Assembly: GCA_021613535.1 (NCBI GenBank)
Contig: CP075492.1
Span: forward strand, 2,418,001 to 2,482,000
DNA from: Adineta vaga
Taxonomy: Eukaryota; Animalia; Rotifera
Reading direction: 5' to 3'
Length of the DNA stretch: 64,000 nt
Part shown: one piece after another, positions 28,006 to 41,262 of the stretch
Position numbering within the stretch: position 1 is the first letter of the stretch
Layout: every line of letters starts with the position of its first letter
Translations under genes and position numbers: made by a program
Notes under the pieces: model-generated
Database searches by the model: none
Seen by the model: only the letters and a program-made list of their open reading frames with translations
Told to the model about the DNA's origin: nothing

Positions 28006-29402
28006 TCCAAAAGCTATCATACAAAAAAGTGCAAATTGGTATTCATTTAAATTAGCTTGAACTTATAGTTGCTCGATATTTTATTATGGAAGTTTAGTAG
28101 TTTTTCTTTAATCGAAAGGTATTTTTCGCTTATGAATAATTCAAGAAGTTCAAAGATCAGTTCTAACAAAATAATCATTATTTTATTGTTCTTTTTCTTC
28201 AATATTGTGCCAGTGTTTAAAATAAAATATTCGTATTTATTCAAGAAAAAAATGAATTATTAGTTATTAGTGGAGCAACGACGAATGCATAAGAGAACAA
28301 AAACACTATTTATATGTACACGCAAAAGAGAAGGAGAGAAACAGAAAGAAATGGAATAGATATGCGTTATATACCTCATCAACACGCATTGATTACTCCG
28401 ATACAAACATGATAAAGCAATATGAAAAAAAACTGATGAAAACAAAATCAGTACGAATCTTTACAATAAAACAATATACATGATTAAATATTACACTTAT
28501 AAAAGAAAGATGAATGCCTGTGCGTTCTCTATGATGTTTTTATGTACAAATATTGATAACTGTTCATATAGTCTTTGTTATATAGTTAAAATGAAAATAA
28601 ATATAATTGAAGTATTAAACAAGTAACGATTTGCAAAAAAGGCATAAAGCATAAAACTATTCATTACTGAAAATCAAATATATATCTATCTCTCCTCTTT
28701 TTCACGTTTTATGCTTATCATTCCTCCTCTTTATGCCTCTATTTTGAAAAGAACTTGAAGAACGTGTGATAATAAAAAGTGATATATCAAAAAGAAAGAA
28801 AACGATATTAAATGTATGGATATTAAAAGAAACAAATTGCGTTGGGCTACGCACTGGCAGTCAATCAAGATATCCTTTCATACACTTGCTGATGTACTGT
28901 AACAATTTCATTCGTCAAACAGTATCCCTTCTGATATGATTATCGTTCGAAAATGCCATGTTACTTTGACTGTATGGTTGACCAGTCCAATAACTCAGTT
29001 GGTACTCCTTGATGTTCATCATTGTTTAATTTAAATAATTATGATTTTCAGTCATTTATTATACTTGGAGTGGAAAAGACGTTGAATAAAATACGGAATC
29101 GAAGAGAGACATAGAATTATAGTTTATAAATTCATTTTTTCAAATGCATCATTTTTTGTGACTGATGCTATTACATGCGAAAGCTTTTTTTCTTATCTTA
29201 CCTATACAAACAAACATATTTATGAAACAAGAAAAAAAAACAGAATAAAAGACAGATAAGCACCACAAGAGTACGTGAGCGGAAATAGAAAACGAATAAA
29301 GAAAAAAAATAATAGTTAAGTTGGATATATCCACTATCTGATAGTTTCAATATTTCTTCTCTTTTTAATCGCATATATGTAACATGACAAATTTCTTTCA
29401 TT

Positions 29403-29692
29403 CCCAGGACGAACAATCCGACAGTTGGATCTCGTCGGATCCTACGGGGGAAGACATCGGACTTTGTCGGCTCCGATAGGAATTTGTCGGAAAGCGTCGG
29501 AATCTTTGGTACAGGAATCCGACCGGAAGTTGTCGGATGTCGGAAAGTGTCGGACATGTTGGGGATCCTGTCAGAACCCTGTCAAACCAACACTTTCCGA
29601 TATCCGACAGCTTCCGATCGGATTCCTGTACCAAGGATCCGATGCTTTCCGACAAAATCCCATCGGATCCGATGGGGAAGATTTGACCTGGG
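29403..29692. mobile_element. MITE with CMC/EnSpm(CACTA)-type ends and internal TCCGA/TCGGA repeats
   Basis: CCCAGGACGAAC...ATTTGACCTGGG, 2-bp TSD TT/TT, internal inverted repeat (GGTACAGGAATCCGA...TCGGATTCCTGTACC). Confidence 0.85.
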
Positions 29693-31132
29693 TTTATACG
29701 TTTATATCATTATGTCGTTTTATTTCTGAAATTAGAAAGATTTAATAATCATTTTATTAAAAGAACAATTAGAAATAAATCAACTTGAATAACAATGTTC
29801 TATACGATTAAATTCGATTCTCTCTCATTGACTTAATTATAACAGGATTTATTCTTCAATGTACACTTTGTCAAACATAATTAACTTTGATAATTATTCT
29901 ACTTAAATTTAACAATACTTTTATGTAATTCTACTATGATGTGCTCATAAATCTGATCTGTAGAATCGTTCAACGATAAAAAAAAACAAAAGAGATTTTA
30001 ATCATAGTTATGATAATATTATTATTTTCTGTCTAAAATACAGTATCAAGTTATTTGAAATGTAGAATTTCGAATAGACGAGACGAATTCAAAAAGATTA
30101 TTCAAGACAGAATGATTCGAACACCTATAATGTTTAATTTATTTTATTTTTCTCTAATCGGTTTTATTCCTAGGAAAGAAATTTATTTTACAATAGTATA
30201 ACATTCACAAAAATCTCTATATCAATTTTTATTTTCACCGCACGTTCTCTAGTATACAAAAAAATGTTTTTCTAAATGAATACATAAAAAGGTGGACGAG
30301 TAAAATATCGAAAAGAGGAGAATATTAAAAATTCTGACATTCAAATATCATATAAAGTGTATGAATATCCTATGTAACAAAATCAATTTCGAATACTAAC
30401 TATAAGAATAAATAATAACAAATATGTAGAGTAGGCATTGCTTAAAAGTATAAGTCTGCGTTTTCTTTTTTATCAGATATTTTTAAACAATATGAGATGC
30501 TCGCATTCCAGAAAATTTCGCTAGCGTTTTTATCAAATTGAATATCTTGTTTACGTGTTTCTATTCTCAGAAATTAAGTGATACTTAAAAACTACTAAAG
30601 AATATGATATGATTTTCTAAAATTATAACCATTCATATCGTTAGATGTCGGCAATGTTTTGAACCCAAACATTAGATTATCAATTATTTGGAATTTTTAA
30701 TTAAGACTTAATAAATATAAATATTCCTGACAAATAAGTATAAAGCAGAAGTCAAATATATTAGTAAAAATTATCAGATATCTCAGACATTCGTCTCAGT
30801 ATACATTAATCGTTCGAAGAATCAATACATTTGATATAAAAAAAAGTCGAATAATACCGCAAACAGACAGAAAAGATATAACTCAATGAACGAATAAATC
30901 GTCTAGAAAAGATGATTTATGATAAAACATGACGATAATGAGCCAATCAGATTTCTTAATTCACCTTTTCTGTTCTGTCATGGACCTTTGTCTTTTTTTT
31001 CATCATATCCTCTAGATTTCAGTCTGTTGTGTAAGCGAGAAAATATACAATGGTCGTTTGTTTAAATAGTCAGCGAGCAATGTATATAAAATTGAGTTGT
31101 AATCGATAAACTTGATATAATATCTATTCAAT

Positions 31133-32799
31133 ATGAATAAACAAATTCTTGATCTGCTCGATGTACCTGATGAAATATTACTAATTATTTTCAATAAACT
31201 TGGTTCATTTGATGTTCTTTATTCATTATTGAATAGTACTCATCGACTTGATCACATAGCAAGAAATACTCATTATTCAAAATCGATAAATTTTTCAATT
31301 GAATTATCAGATGGGCAAATATGTGCAATAGATTCTGATAAACTTCATCGATTCTGTATTGAAATATTGCCTCAAATACATGATCAAATTCAAATAATGA
31401 CTCTTGAAACTACTAATATTGAACGTATTCTTCTCGCTACTCAATTCCCTAATCTACATACTCTTACTTTGGTTGGATTTTCACCAGACGCACTTCTAAA
31501 TTATTTCACAGGTAAATTACAAAGATGAAATTTCAATTTATTGATTTTTATATATTTTTAGAAAACTCCTCAATTATTCATTTATTAAAAGAACAAATCA
31601 AATATCTTACTATAAAAATTCGAAATCAAATGTTTAATGACAAATCATTAACATATGTTTGTGAACATATTCTTTTAATTTGTCAAAAATGTACTTATTT
31701 AGATATAAATCAATCCAGAATGATTAGATTTTCTCGATTTACATTAAATGATTATTCTCAAAATATTTGTTATTCATCATATTTACATACACTCAATATT
31801 TATGTGAAAACGTTTGATGACTGTCTTTATTTACTTGATGGTCGTTTAAAAAATTTATCTTCATTCACAGTACGTGTGACATGTATTGAACGATCATCAA
31901 TAATTACCGATAGTCGTGTAAATAAAGAAATGTAAATAAATTCAGAAAAGAATGATTTTGTTTTGTTTTAGGAACAACTGCCTCATTTGAAAGAACTTTC
32001 CTTCGAATGTCATCGTTTTACAGTTGCTTATGATTGTCGAATTGTTCGACTACTTCATCGAATGATTAATTTAAAAAAATTAACATGTTCCTTTTATATA
32101 ATTCGATTGAAAGTGATTGATGGAGTTGATCTTTACGGACGAATTCTTTGTCATATGTTAAATTTAGATCAATTTTTATTTGATATTTGTACAATTATGC
32201 CAACATGTAAAGCCAATAACTTTTTATCAACAAATGATATTGAAAAAACATTTATTAATTGGAAATATTCTCAAGTTGGTTGTAGTATTGATCGTTTTTC
32301 TAATGGAAATACTTATTGTCATATTTATTCAATTCCATTTCAAATGACTTATTTTATGTATCTTACAAATAGTATTCAAAATCATTCTTTTCAATTTGTG
32401 ATTAATTTAACATTATATGATACACGTCCATTTGAATATGAGTTTTTTCAATGGATATCTAAAGCAATTCCATTACTTAAATATTTAACATTGGATAATT
32501 TTCTACCACAAATTGAAAAAGTTGAAAATCAATTATGTATTTCATATAATCATCTTATTCGATTAAGATTTACTCGTGCCCATATTGATTATGTTTATCA
32601 ATTTTTATGTCATAGAAAAGCATATGTTCCAAAACTTTCTATACTTAAAATACAATATCATAAATTAGTTAGTGTTACAAATAATTTTACTAATGTTATA
32701 ACACAAATCAATTGTAGTCAACTAAAAGAACTTCTATTTGATGAAATTATTGTCTATCCAGAACATTTTTATCACTATTTTCCTTGTTTGATTAAATAG
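31133..32799 (+). CDS. F-box protein with LRR-like C-terminus, 3 exons
   Basis: ILDLLDVPDEILLIIFNKL F-box; DDCLYLLDGRL and CHIYSIPF family motifs; introns ~31512-31561 and ~31918-31971. Confidence 0.85.
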
Positions 32800-32866
32800 A
32801 TCTTTTTCTTTCTCGTTTATTTGATAAATAAATGTTAAATCAAATACAATCAGTATGATATTGAAA

Positions 32867-32904
32867 GAGGGTGTGGGTATAAAAGAAAGAGATACACCCA
32901 CCCT
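32867..32904. repeat. Telomere-repeat hairpin element (short, AAAGAAAGAGATAC spacer)
   Basis: GAGGGTGTGGGTATAAAAGAAAGAGATACACCCACCCT. Confidence 0.75.
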
Positions 32905-33101
32905 GGCAGTTGGTTTTATTGTCCCATTCAAACTGCAAGTAATAACAGGAGAGCATGTTGAAGAGAAGTATATTTATACAGTTTGCTGATCAAGTAGAAG
33001 TTCAAATTTAATTGTCATTTGAATGTTATCAGAAAATGATGTTAGGAACACATAACCTTTATTTGTCTTTCTCAGTTTTTAGATGCTAAGTTTATTTTCT
33101 A

Positions 33102-33175
33102 TTGAGGGTGTGGGTGTTAGACAAATGTAGTACCCACACTCACACCCAGACCCTCATTCCACACCCACCCTCAAG
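33102..33175. repeat. Telomere-repeat hairpin element (full copy)
   Basis: TTGAGGGTGTGGGTG...CCACACCCACCCTCAAG. Confidence 0.85.
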
Positions 33176-33186
33176 AAAAATCAAGT

Positions 33187-34630
33187 TTATGATCTGCCAG
33201 ATTCAATGTCATTTTTGTAAGTATTATTTATTTCGATAATTATTTAGAAAGTCTTCCAATGAATCATCCATATTTTCAATCCATGGTTTATAAACTGGAA
33301 CAACCTTTGTATTTTTCGTATCGATAATGGACTACATCGTCTAATTTACTCTTACAATATTGTTTTACCATTTGATTGACCATTTTATGTTGAAATTTCG
33401 ACAGATATTGATTAGTATCATGTGTAAGTAACAAAGTATATATGTTATCTATATAATCTGTCTGAAGATCCAACATACCAAAGAAGTCAACAGGTCCAAG
33501 TGAGTTTTCTCGTGTTTGCCATTTATTTATATCAGCTTGCCATTGATCTTTATCAGGCAATTGAACATGTCCAAGAAAAACATCACGTACAAGTGCTGTT
33601 TGGAATTCAAACATAGAAAATGCAGAACTGTCTTGGTACCAAGATAAACGGATTAGGTTGATCAATCCAAAAGATACTTTTATAAAGAGTCGATGGTACG
33701 AATTGAGTTATGCCACTCTCTAAACGAAATCGTTTAGCCATAAATGGATAATGATGACGATAGCCAGTACAAAAGATGATAGCATCGATATTATCAATAG
33801 TTGAACCATCTTTAAAATGAGCTTTTCGACCTTCCATACGAATAAGTATTGGTGCCGTCTTATTTCTATTTGGCCATTTGTAAGCTACAAGTTCTTGACG
33901 AGAACTGATTGTCACAGATCGAGCATTGAATTTATAACATTGTACTGCGATATCTTCTGCTGACCAACCACTACCAACAAGTAATACATTACGATCGACA
34001 AATTCATCGGCACCACGAAAATCATGTGCATGAAGAACTCGACCTGGAAATTCGTTTACTCCATCAACACTGATCATGTTAGACATGTGTAATGTCCAAC
34101 TGCTACGATAACACGACAAAATTTAGACATTCAGTTAAACCTGTATTCAAATCTTCAACATCGAAATTAAATTCATTTTTCTTATCATCGAAGTCAACTG
34201 ACGAACAGCTGTATTAAAACGAATAAATCGTCGAAGATTGTTAGCTTTCGCTCTACCAGTTATATAATCATACATGAGAGAACGTGGTAAGAATGAGGGT
34301 AAGTAGCAGCCAAAATGATCATAAAATGTGTAATCAGGGAATTCCACAAATTCCTTTGGAGTATTAGCCCAAAGACTAAATATGAAAGAAATATCTTATA
34401 ATGAATTATCATTGAAAAAGTGCTTACTGTCGATACATGCTCGAGTGAATGGGTTCACCATGAACATCAATACCAATTTGAGATGTATAAACCCACAAAC
34501 CACCCCAATCTGATTGTCTTTCAAAACAAATAAGTTCAACTTGTTGTTCTTCTTCCGCTTGTTTAAATGCTAATAGTTGTGATGGACCACACGGTCCGGC
34601 ACCAATAATTCCAATACGTAATTTTTTCAT
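33187..34630 (-). pseudogene. Flavin-containing monooxygenase, bacterial trimethylamine-monooxygenase-like, with one intron and several frameshifts
   Basis: GAGPCG, FERQSDWGGLW, PIHSSMYR|LWANTPKE..EFPDYTF..HFG, FPGRVLHAHDFR, GSGWSAEDIAVQCYK, DAIIFCTGY and MDDSLEDFL. At least three frame breaks. Confidence 0.85.
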
Positions 34631-35076
34631 TAAAGAACTTGACAGATGATTTAAATACAATAACTGATAGAAACGTTAACAGTAATCAAACTGTGTTTTG
34701 CTTATCTGTTTCTATCTTAGATAGTGTGTGTGTGCTATGTTACGGATATCATCAGAAGCAGATGTATAAAAAGAAAAAAAAATAACCATGATCGACAGTT
34801 GAAGGAAACGAATAGAATTTTGACACAATTATGATAGCTTTCGCCATATTTCTCACATCTATTAATTTTCCTTTCGTTCTGCTCTAAACAGTTGAATGTA
34901 AATGACGTGAGGTGAATGAAAGCACATGTTATCGAAAGAGACGTCGTTTTATTTCTTCTTTCTTTATACAAAATGTAGCTGTGGTGCCTTTTCAATATTG
35001 ACTATAAAAGAAAAGTTAACTTCAATTTTTAAGTAATGTGTACACAAATATTCATCATTATGACTGAAATTACAAC

Positions 35077-35129
35077 CTTGAGGGTGTGAGTGTGAATACA
35101 AGAGACCCACACCCTCACACACCCTCAAG
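35077..35129. repeat. Telomere-repeat hairpin element (full copy)
   Basis: CTTGAGGGTGTGAGTGTG...CACACCCTCACACACCCTCAAG. Confidence 0.85.
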
Positions 35130-35454
35130 ATTTATCTTGTGGCTATTGAAATCTTTCTTTCCTGTGCAGTGTTGTTTAAGTAGAAAACTTCTACTTGCAT
35201 GTTTGACGTCATACCGATATATTATTTAGAAGTGACTTGAATGTCATTCGTCATCGAATGAATAATAAAACGTATTTAGTGATTTTAGAGTGTAACTGAT
35301 GACGTTATTTAATTGTGCAATTTTAAATAATACTAAAACGAGATTCTCACACATCATCTCCCGAATGACTGATAGATAACGAACAAGAGTGGCAGTCGTT
35401 TTTCGGACGAATCGATGGTTAACGTCGAAAAGAAATTTAGATACTGATAAGTTG

Positions 35455-35524
35455 TCGAGGATGTAAGTGTTTGTGTGGGTGTGAGTCTAAGCTGATGTCT
35501 TTATGCACCCACACCCACCCTCAA
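35455..35524. repeat. Telomere-repeat hairpin element
   Basis: TCGAGGATG...GTGTGGGTGTGAG...CACCCACACCCACCCTCAA. Confidence 0.75.
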
Positions 35525-35569
35525 CAAACGAGAGTGTGAGAGAAATATAGATGTCAGTCACTTTGATTT

Positions 35570-36999
35570 TTAATTCAATTTATACTGTTTTAAACTTGAT
35601 TGAAGAATTGTATCTTTAATAGCATTAAATACAAATCGAGTATGCTCGCCATCTAAACAGATAAAATTCATTTCAATTTTTATTTTCTTATTGTCCTTAC
35701 CAATTGCACAATCAAAATGTGAATAGATAATTTTTTCACTATCTGGATTGAGATCAACATACATTTTAAGAATAAATTCGCGTGCAGCTTGTGCATCACG
35801 TTTGAGACCTAAAATTCCGTATAGAAGTTATTTTAAATTAATAGAGATTTTACCATCAAATTCCGGAAAATAATCAACCAGATGTGAATGCATGATTTTT
35901 TCCTCAAGTAAATCTTTTTTGTTCAAAAAGAGGATTACAGATGAATTCGTAAACCATGTATTAGTTATAATTGTACGAAATAATGCTTTGCTCTTGTCCA
36001 TTGCATTCTAAAGTTTAGACTTATTATTTGAAAACAAGAAAATTCTTTTGTTTTACTTCAGTGTCAGATTCACCAAGAACTTTATCATAATCGCTTAATG
36101 CGGCAACAAACATTATCGAAGTGACATTTTCAAAGCAATGAATCCATTTTCGATATTCTGACATTTGTCTTCCAACATCAACAAATCTATTTTAATAAAT
36201 CAATTAATTTTCTGTGGAAAATAATATTATTTATTTACTGCAATATAACATTTTCCAAATCAAATGAATATTCAATCAGTTCAGTCGTTGGGATTCGAAC
36301 ACGTACAATATCTTGTTCAGTTGGTAAATAATCTGGTGCAACAATTCGATCGATATTCTCTAAAAAGCTTATAATAAAAATATTTATTGATTTACTTTTA
36401 TTAGAGAAAATTTTTTTGTTTTACTATTTAGTTGAATCTGTTAATTGGTATTCTCTTCGTCTATCATAGCACTCTTTTATTCCGGGATCATTCCAAAGAC
36501 TTTTAATAGCTTCAACATATTGTGATTCAAATGTTGTTACAGTCTTATAATCAACGGATTGAACAAGTATAGCATATTCTCGCTAAAAATAATGACAATA
36601 AAAAACTAAATAAAAATTATTAAAATAATTCTAACCTCATTTCTTCTATGTCTATATTGTATCTTGAGTGTGTCCATAGCACAAATCATTGAATGCATTG
36701 ACATGAATATATTTCGATAGACAAATTTAATATACGAACGTTTATCCTCTTCGGTCGAATGATGTGTGCCACACGTAATACACATTTGTTTCATAATTGT
36801 TGATTTACCAGATTCTTCGATACCTATTTATTAAAACAAAAAACAAATTCTTTATTTTTAAAAAGTAAAATTTTTTCTTACCAACTAAAAGAATTTTTAA
36901 TTTTCGTCGTTGGTTTTTTCGATCAAGGAGTAATTGTTTTTCAATCTCTCGATTTGTTTGCTTCTGTTTACGTACTTCAGCACTAAAACAATGCATCAT
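35570..36999 (-). CDS. Divergent Gq-class heterotrimeric G-protein alpha subunit, 8 exons
   Basis: [82 protein letters not shown] and [12 protein letters not shown] are diagnostic for Gq. Confidence 0.9.
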
Positions 37000-37224
37000 C
37001 TTGTTGAAGTTCTATTTTTCCTAAAACATTGAATAGAACGAATAGAGTAACTAAGATTTCAGAAATTGATATAATCATCTGCTTGATAGGTTTTCTTAAA
37101 CAGTATTCAATCTTGACAAGGGGTCTTCATATACAATCTAAACATCAAAACTATATTAGAATGTTTGCAGAACTATTAATCAATCAGACACTATTACTCA
37201 TATATATGAATGGGAGGGGGGCTA

Positions 37225-38939
37225 CCCATGCAGTCAAAAATATGAAACTGACGCGTTTTAACAAATGCTCCTTTTCTTTCACTTAATTCGTTTCGCACAG
37301 TCAAAAATGTCCGGAATTGTGCGTTTTAACAATCGCATTTTTTTCCTATTTTAAACTAGTTTTGATTATTTGTGAACTAAACAATTTTTGAGTTTATCAT
37401 ATTAATGCATTAAAACGCATGATTTCGGACATTTTTGATGGTGTACAACTATTTGAGTAAAAAAACCCATTCTAATGCATTTCACCTGCAATTCATTTTT
37501 TGCATTGCTTTAATAGCATATTTAAACTGAGTAATTCAAACCGTTTTGATAAGAATCGTAATGCGTTGGACACATTAAAAATGAGTATGATATCGATAAA
37601 CTCATGCAACAAATATGAATAGTATTTAGTATCAGTTAGAAGATATCATATAACACTGCTTCGTATTAAATCAAATATTGATAGTGTAAGGATTCGAATA
37701 ATATTATTCTCATTTATCTAACGAAGAAATTCTCTCTATACTACTTTCTCTATCATGGTTATTTGATGTTTCCTCTTATCTCGGTAATCATGATGTATTC
37801 ATATATATGTTGTACGACAGATTGAAATATTTTCATCTGCACTAGTTCAGTTTTAAATTGAACTTAATTTTAATCTGTCCCACGATATATATTGACCTCA
37901 ATGTGTATAAAAACTCAATTGAATTATTTCAAGAGAAGAAAATGGTTGTCTTCAATATTCTCCTTCGTCAGATAATATTAATATTGCGTATTTTAGAAAT
38001 CAGTTTGACTCGACTAATGCACTTGTTATAGAAAATATCATGAAGTAAAAACTGATGCAACGAAGAATATGAGAAATATAAATTATCTTGTTATATATAA
38101 TTAGATAGCGTATGAATATTTTTGTATGAGCAAAGATAATAAATATGAATATATAATACACCGATCAGTTGAGTGTAAAACGAAACAAATGATTTGTTGC
38201 ATCTCCGTCTTTTCTTTTATACTAAACGAAAATAAAGAAGAGTGACGTCATTGGTCGATAAAAATACTAATAGAAATGTGTCAATATCTGATGGAAACGC
38301 GTTTTACATTAGATGCTCTATAATAGATTATCTAAAGTATATGCTTTATGCTCGATATGTGTACGAACAGTTATTAAATGTGAAGTTAGTAAAGTCATAG
38401 TTTATGTTAGTGAAAATTAAGGATTTCAATCATGGATCATCCATCGAACCTGTTTATTACGAATATTTGATACAAAAACTTGCCTTTAGATTTGGCGCAA
38501 ATACAAATCTTTCTTCACTTATTGACTCAATATTTTTTTATCAATTTTCAAATCTATATTCTAGCATATAAAAGTTTGTCGTCTTTCTTTGACAAGATAA
38601 ATAACACATTCTAATAAAGTTATATGACATTCTATCAACTGATTAAAATGCGTTGTTTCTGGAGAATGAAAACAAAAATGCATTTGACCGAGACACTTGT
38701 TATCGGTTCTATGTCTTATGTACAAACGCATTGAAAACGATTCGATTCTTACGTTAAACCGCATTAAATCATAATTTTCGTGGACTCAGTGCGTTAAAGC
38801 CTGTTTAAATTAAAAAAACTGGTTTAAACACGTTAAGTCTTTTAAAAACCATATTAACCAGTTTTACAGCGGTTTTTTCAATGTTTTTGCATATAAACGC
38901 GTTGATACATCGTTTTTTGCGTTAACATGTTTGCATGGG
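37225..38939. mobile_element. Possible ~1.7 kb non-autonomous CACTA/CMC-like element
   Basis: CCCATGCA...TGCATGGG 8-bp termini and AACGCG/GCGTTTTAAC-type subterminal repeats at both ends; non-coding interior; TSD imperfect (TA/AA). Confidence 0.4.
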
Positions 38940-39975
38940 AAACTCGGTTGAGCTCCATTTTCATTTTTTTTATTATGCTCCTAAAAATGAGAGGGGTATT
39001 AAGAATTTTACCTGAATGATTGGAGTACTTCTTAGAGCAATCTCTTTGTGGCAGTAATATTCTGCTTCGAAATTAAAGAGACACGCAGTATTTTGGCCGA
39101 ATTCTGTTCGTCTTACAAAATACGAAAAGTCTGAGAAAAGAAAGATATTAATGAGTAACTTAGTTGTAAATCATATGAGTTCTGATTGAATTTTGCTGCG
39201 ATTTTCAATCCCAAAAATGAAAATCAGTTCTTTCATGAGAGATGCTGATTATGGAAACCACTTAAATTCTATTAGTGTATGTACATGTTTCGGTTCATGA
39301 TGGTATTCAACTTAGTACACGTGTGAACAACCGATTATCTTCAACAGATACAGATTCACAACATATCGCTTTATGCATATAATTATCTGGCTCTAGCACT
39401 ATTGTAACCCTATAAGCACTGTGTTTAATCGGACAATAAAAAAATAAGTGGAAGCTAGTAACCAACTTACAAAAGTGGAATATAATGACTCTGTCAGAGA
39501 GCAAGGAAAGAGAAAACTAATTCAACAAAAGTGAGAATTCGTACATAATGATCTGTATTTTACTTACTAGACTTATAAGGAAGCGAAGTCAAATAAAAAA
39601 GATAATAAGAGTAAGCCAATAATTAATCCGAATATTTATATATGTGGTAGTGACGCGATGGATAATTATTAATAATGATGATGTAAGAAAAAAGGATGTA
39701 AAGAACGTTATTAAATTGCTCATCCAAGTGAATCAAAAACAAAAAAAAACAAGTCGTTGAGGGGAGCGTATACTATGCATATGCTTACCTACTTGATGAC
39801 ACGTGGCAGAGAAAAATATGAATTATTTAATTAATTCATCACAAGATTGTTGTAAACATTGAAAACAGATAAAACACAAAATGAACGGGCATGATGTAGC
39901 GAAATTCTAGACGACTGAGAAAATTATTAGGATGGTAATAAACTTTCTGCATTTTCTTTCAAAACTTTTATTTGT

Positions 39976-40116
39976 CAGCTTCAATAATTTTTCACTGATC
40001 GACTTTGCAACATGAGGTCTCGCGTTATCATGCAAATAGTAAATTCGATCGTGTTTTTCCTAGAGTTTTTTGGCAAGCTGGCTCAATTATTGACAGTAGA
40101 GGTCGACAATGACGGT
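39976..40116 (-). mobile_element. Mariner transposase fragment (decayed)
   Basis: TVIVDLYCQ*LSQLAKKL*EKHDRIYYLHDNARPHVAKSISEKLLKL contains the mariner HDNARPH motif and two in-frame stops. Confidence 0.85.
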
Positions 40117-40849
40117 GCAACGGAAGAACATGTAAATTCTTTCAATGATGAATGTGAATTCATTGGTGAACATGGGCCAAAACTTAGCGAATAAAGAGAA
40201 GATGCTCGATCAAGTATTAATTGTAATTCTGATTGAATATGCTTAAAGATTCTTTTCTTCCTCGACCAAATTAACGAGTGAAGTCAATCGATTCAAATTA
40301 GAATCAATGGAAATTCTAATGTAAGTAATTGAATATTACTGATACGAACAAGAAATAAAATTGAATCGATAAAATATGATGACGCAGAATATGATTCAAC
40401 CCCATGATCACATTTTATTAAATATTCATCATCAGATGAACAAGTTGATTTTGTTAAAGTATATTTAGTAGACCCATCAAAATCATACAGTAAAGTAAAA
40501 TGATGGATTGTATTGTTTTTATTTTCAATATGCCAATCAGATTCAAAAATCAGTTCGAAATGAATCAACTATTTCATCCAATTGCTTCTCTCTATTGTGA
40601 TCATTCGATGGTTTAAATTTCATTCTAATATGAATTTTTTTCAATTTAGGTATGTAGTTTCTAATTACTTCTTCCCATTCATTTCCATCACAAGAACCAC
40701 ACGTTAAGTGGTGTAAATTAGGCATACCTTTTAATATATTCCTGAAGTTGCAAATCTGATTTTCCATCTTAATTTTCAATCGAGTAATTGAAATAATAGG
40801 TATTAATGATGTATAAGCTTCAAAATCATCTTGAAAATTTATGAAGAGA
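40117..40849 (-). pseudogene. F-box/LRR-family gene fragment
   Basis: ILKGMPNLHHLT..DGNEWEEVIRNYIPKLK...DEIVDSFRTDF is homologous to DGNRWEQFIE...IIQSFQSPFW in the 16603 gene. Frameshifted; 5' end coincides with the 40850 hairpin. Confidence 0.65.
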
Positions 40850-40897
40850 GAGGGTGTGGGTGAAAGAAGAAGAGATACCCTCCCCCCTCACACCCTC
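40850..40897. repeat. Telomere-repeat hairpin element (AAAGAAGAAGAGATAC spacer)
   Basis: GAGGGTGTGGGTGAAAGAAGAAGAGATACCC...CACACCCTC. Confidence 0.75.
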
Positions 40898-41262
40898 GCA
40901 ATCGAGTTGTGAAATATTCCTTATTATTTGGATCGAAACAAACAAGACGACTATACTTGCTCTTTTCTTCTGTTACTCTTATTTTTCGAATGTGAAATCG
41001 ATGATATAGAAGCAATAAAAATGAGAATCTTCCTTCGCGAATGTATTCACTTGTCTATGATCATTGCTTATACGAAAGCACTTTTCAATGTCAAATATAC
41101 AAATTATAATTCCATTACGTAGAAATCTTTTAATCTAACTATAATTGGCTCATTTTCTAAAGCCAGGTTTTGTGCTAGATTGCATATTATATTTCTAGAG
41201 ATTTACAATATGTATCAATCAATTAAGAAGAACAAACAATGAAACAATTCAAGATTGTTTAT

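Noticed and set aside
29198-29745. Overlapping ORFs on both strands
   Set aside because: They are artefacts of the repeat-rich MITE at 29403-29692.
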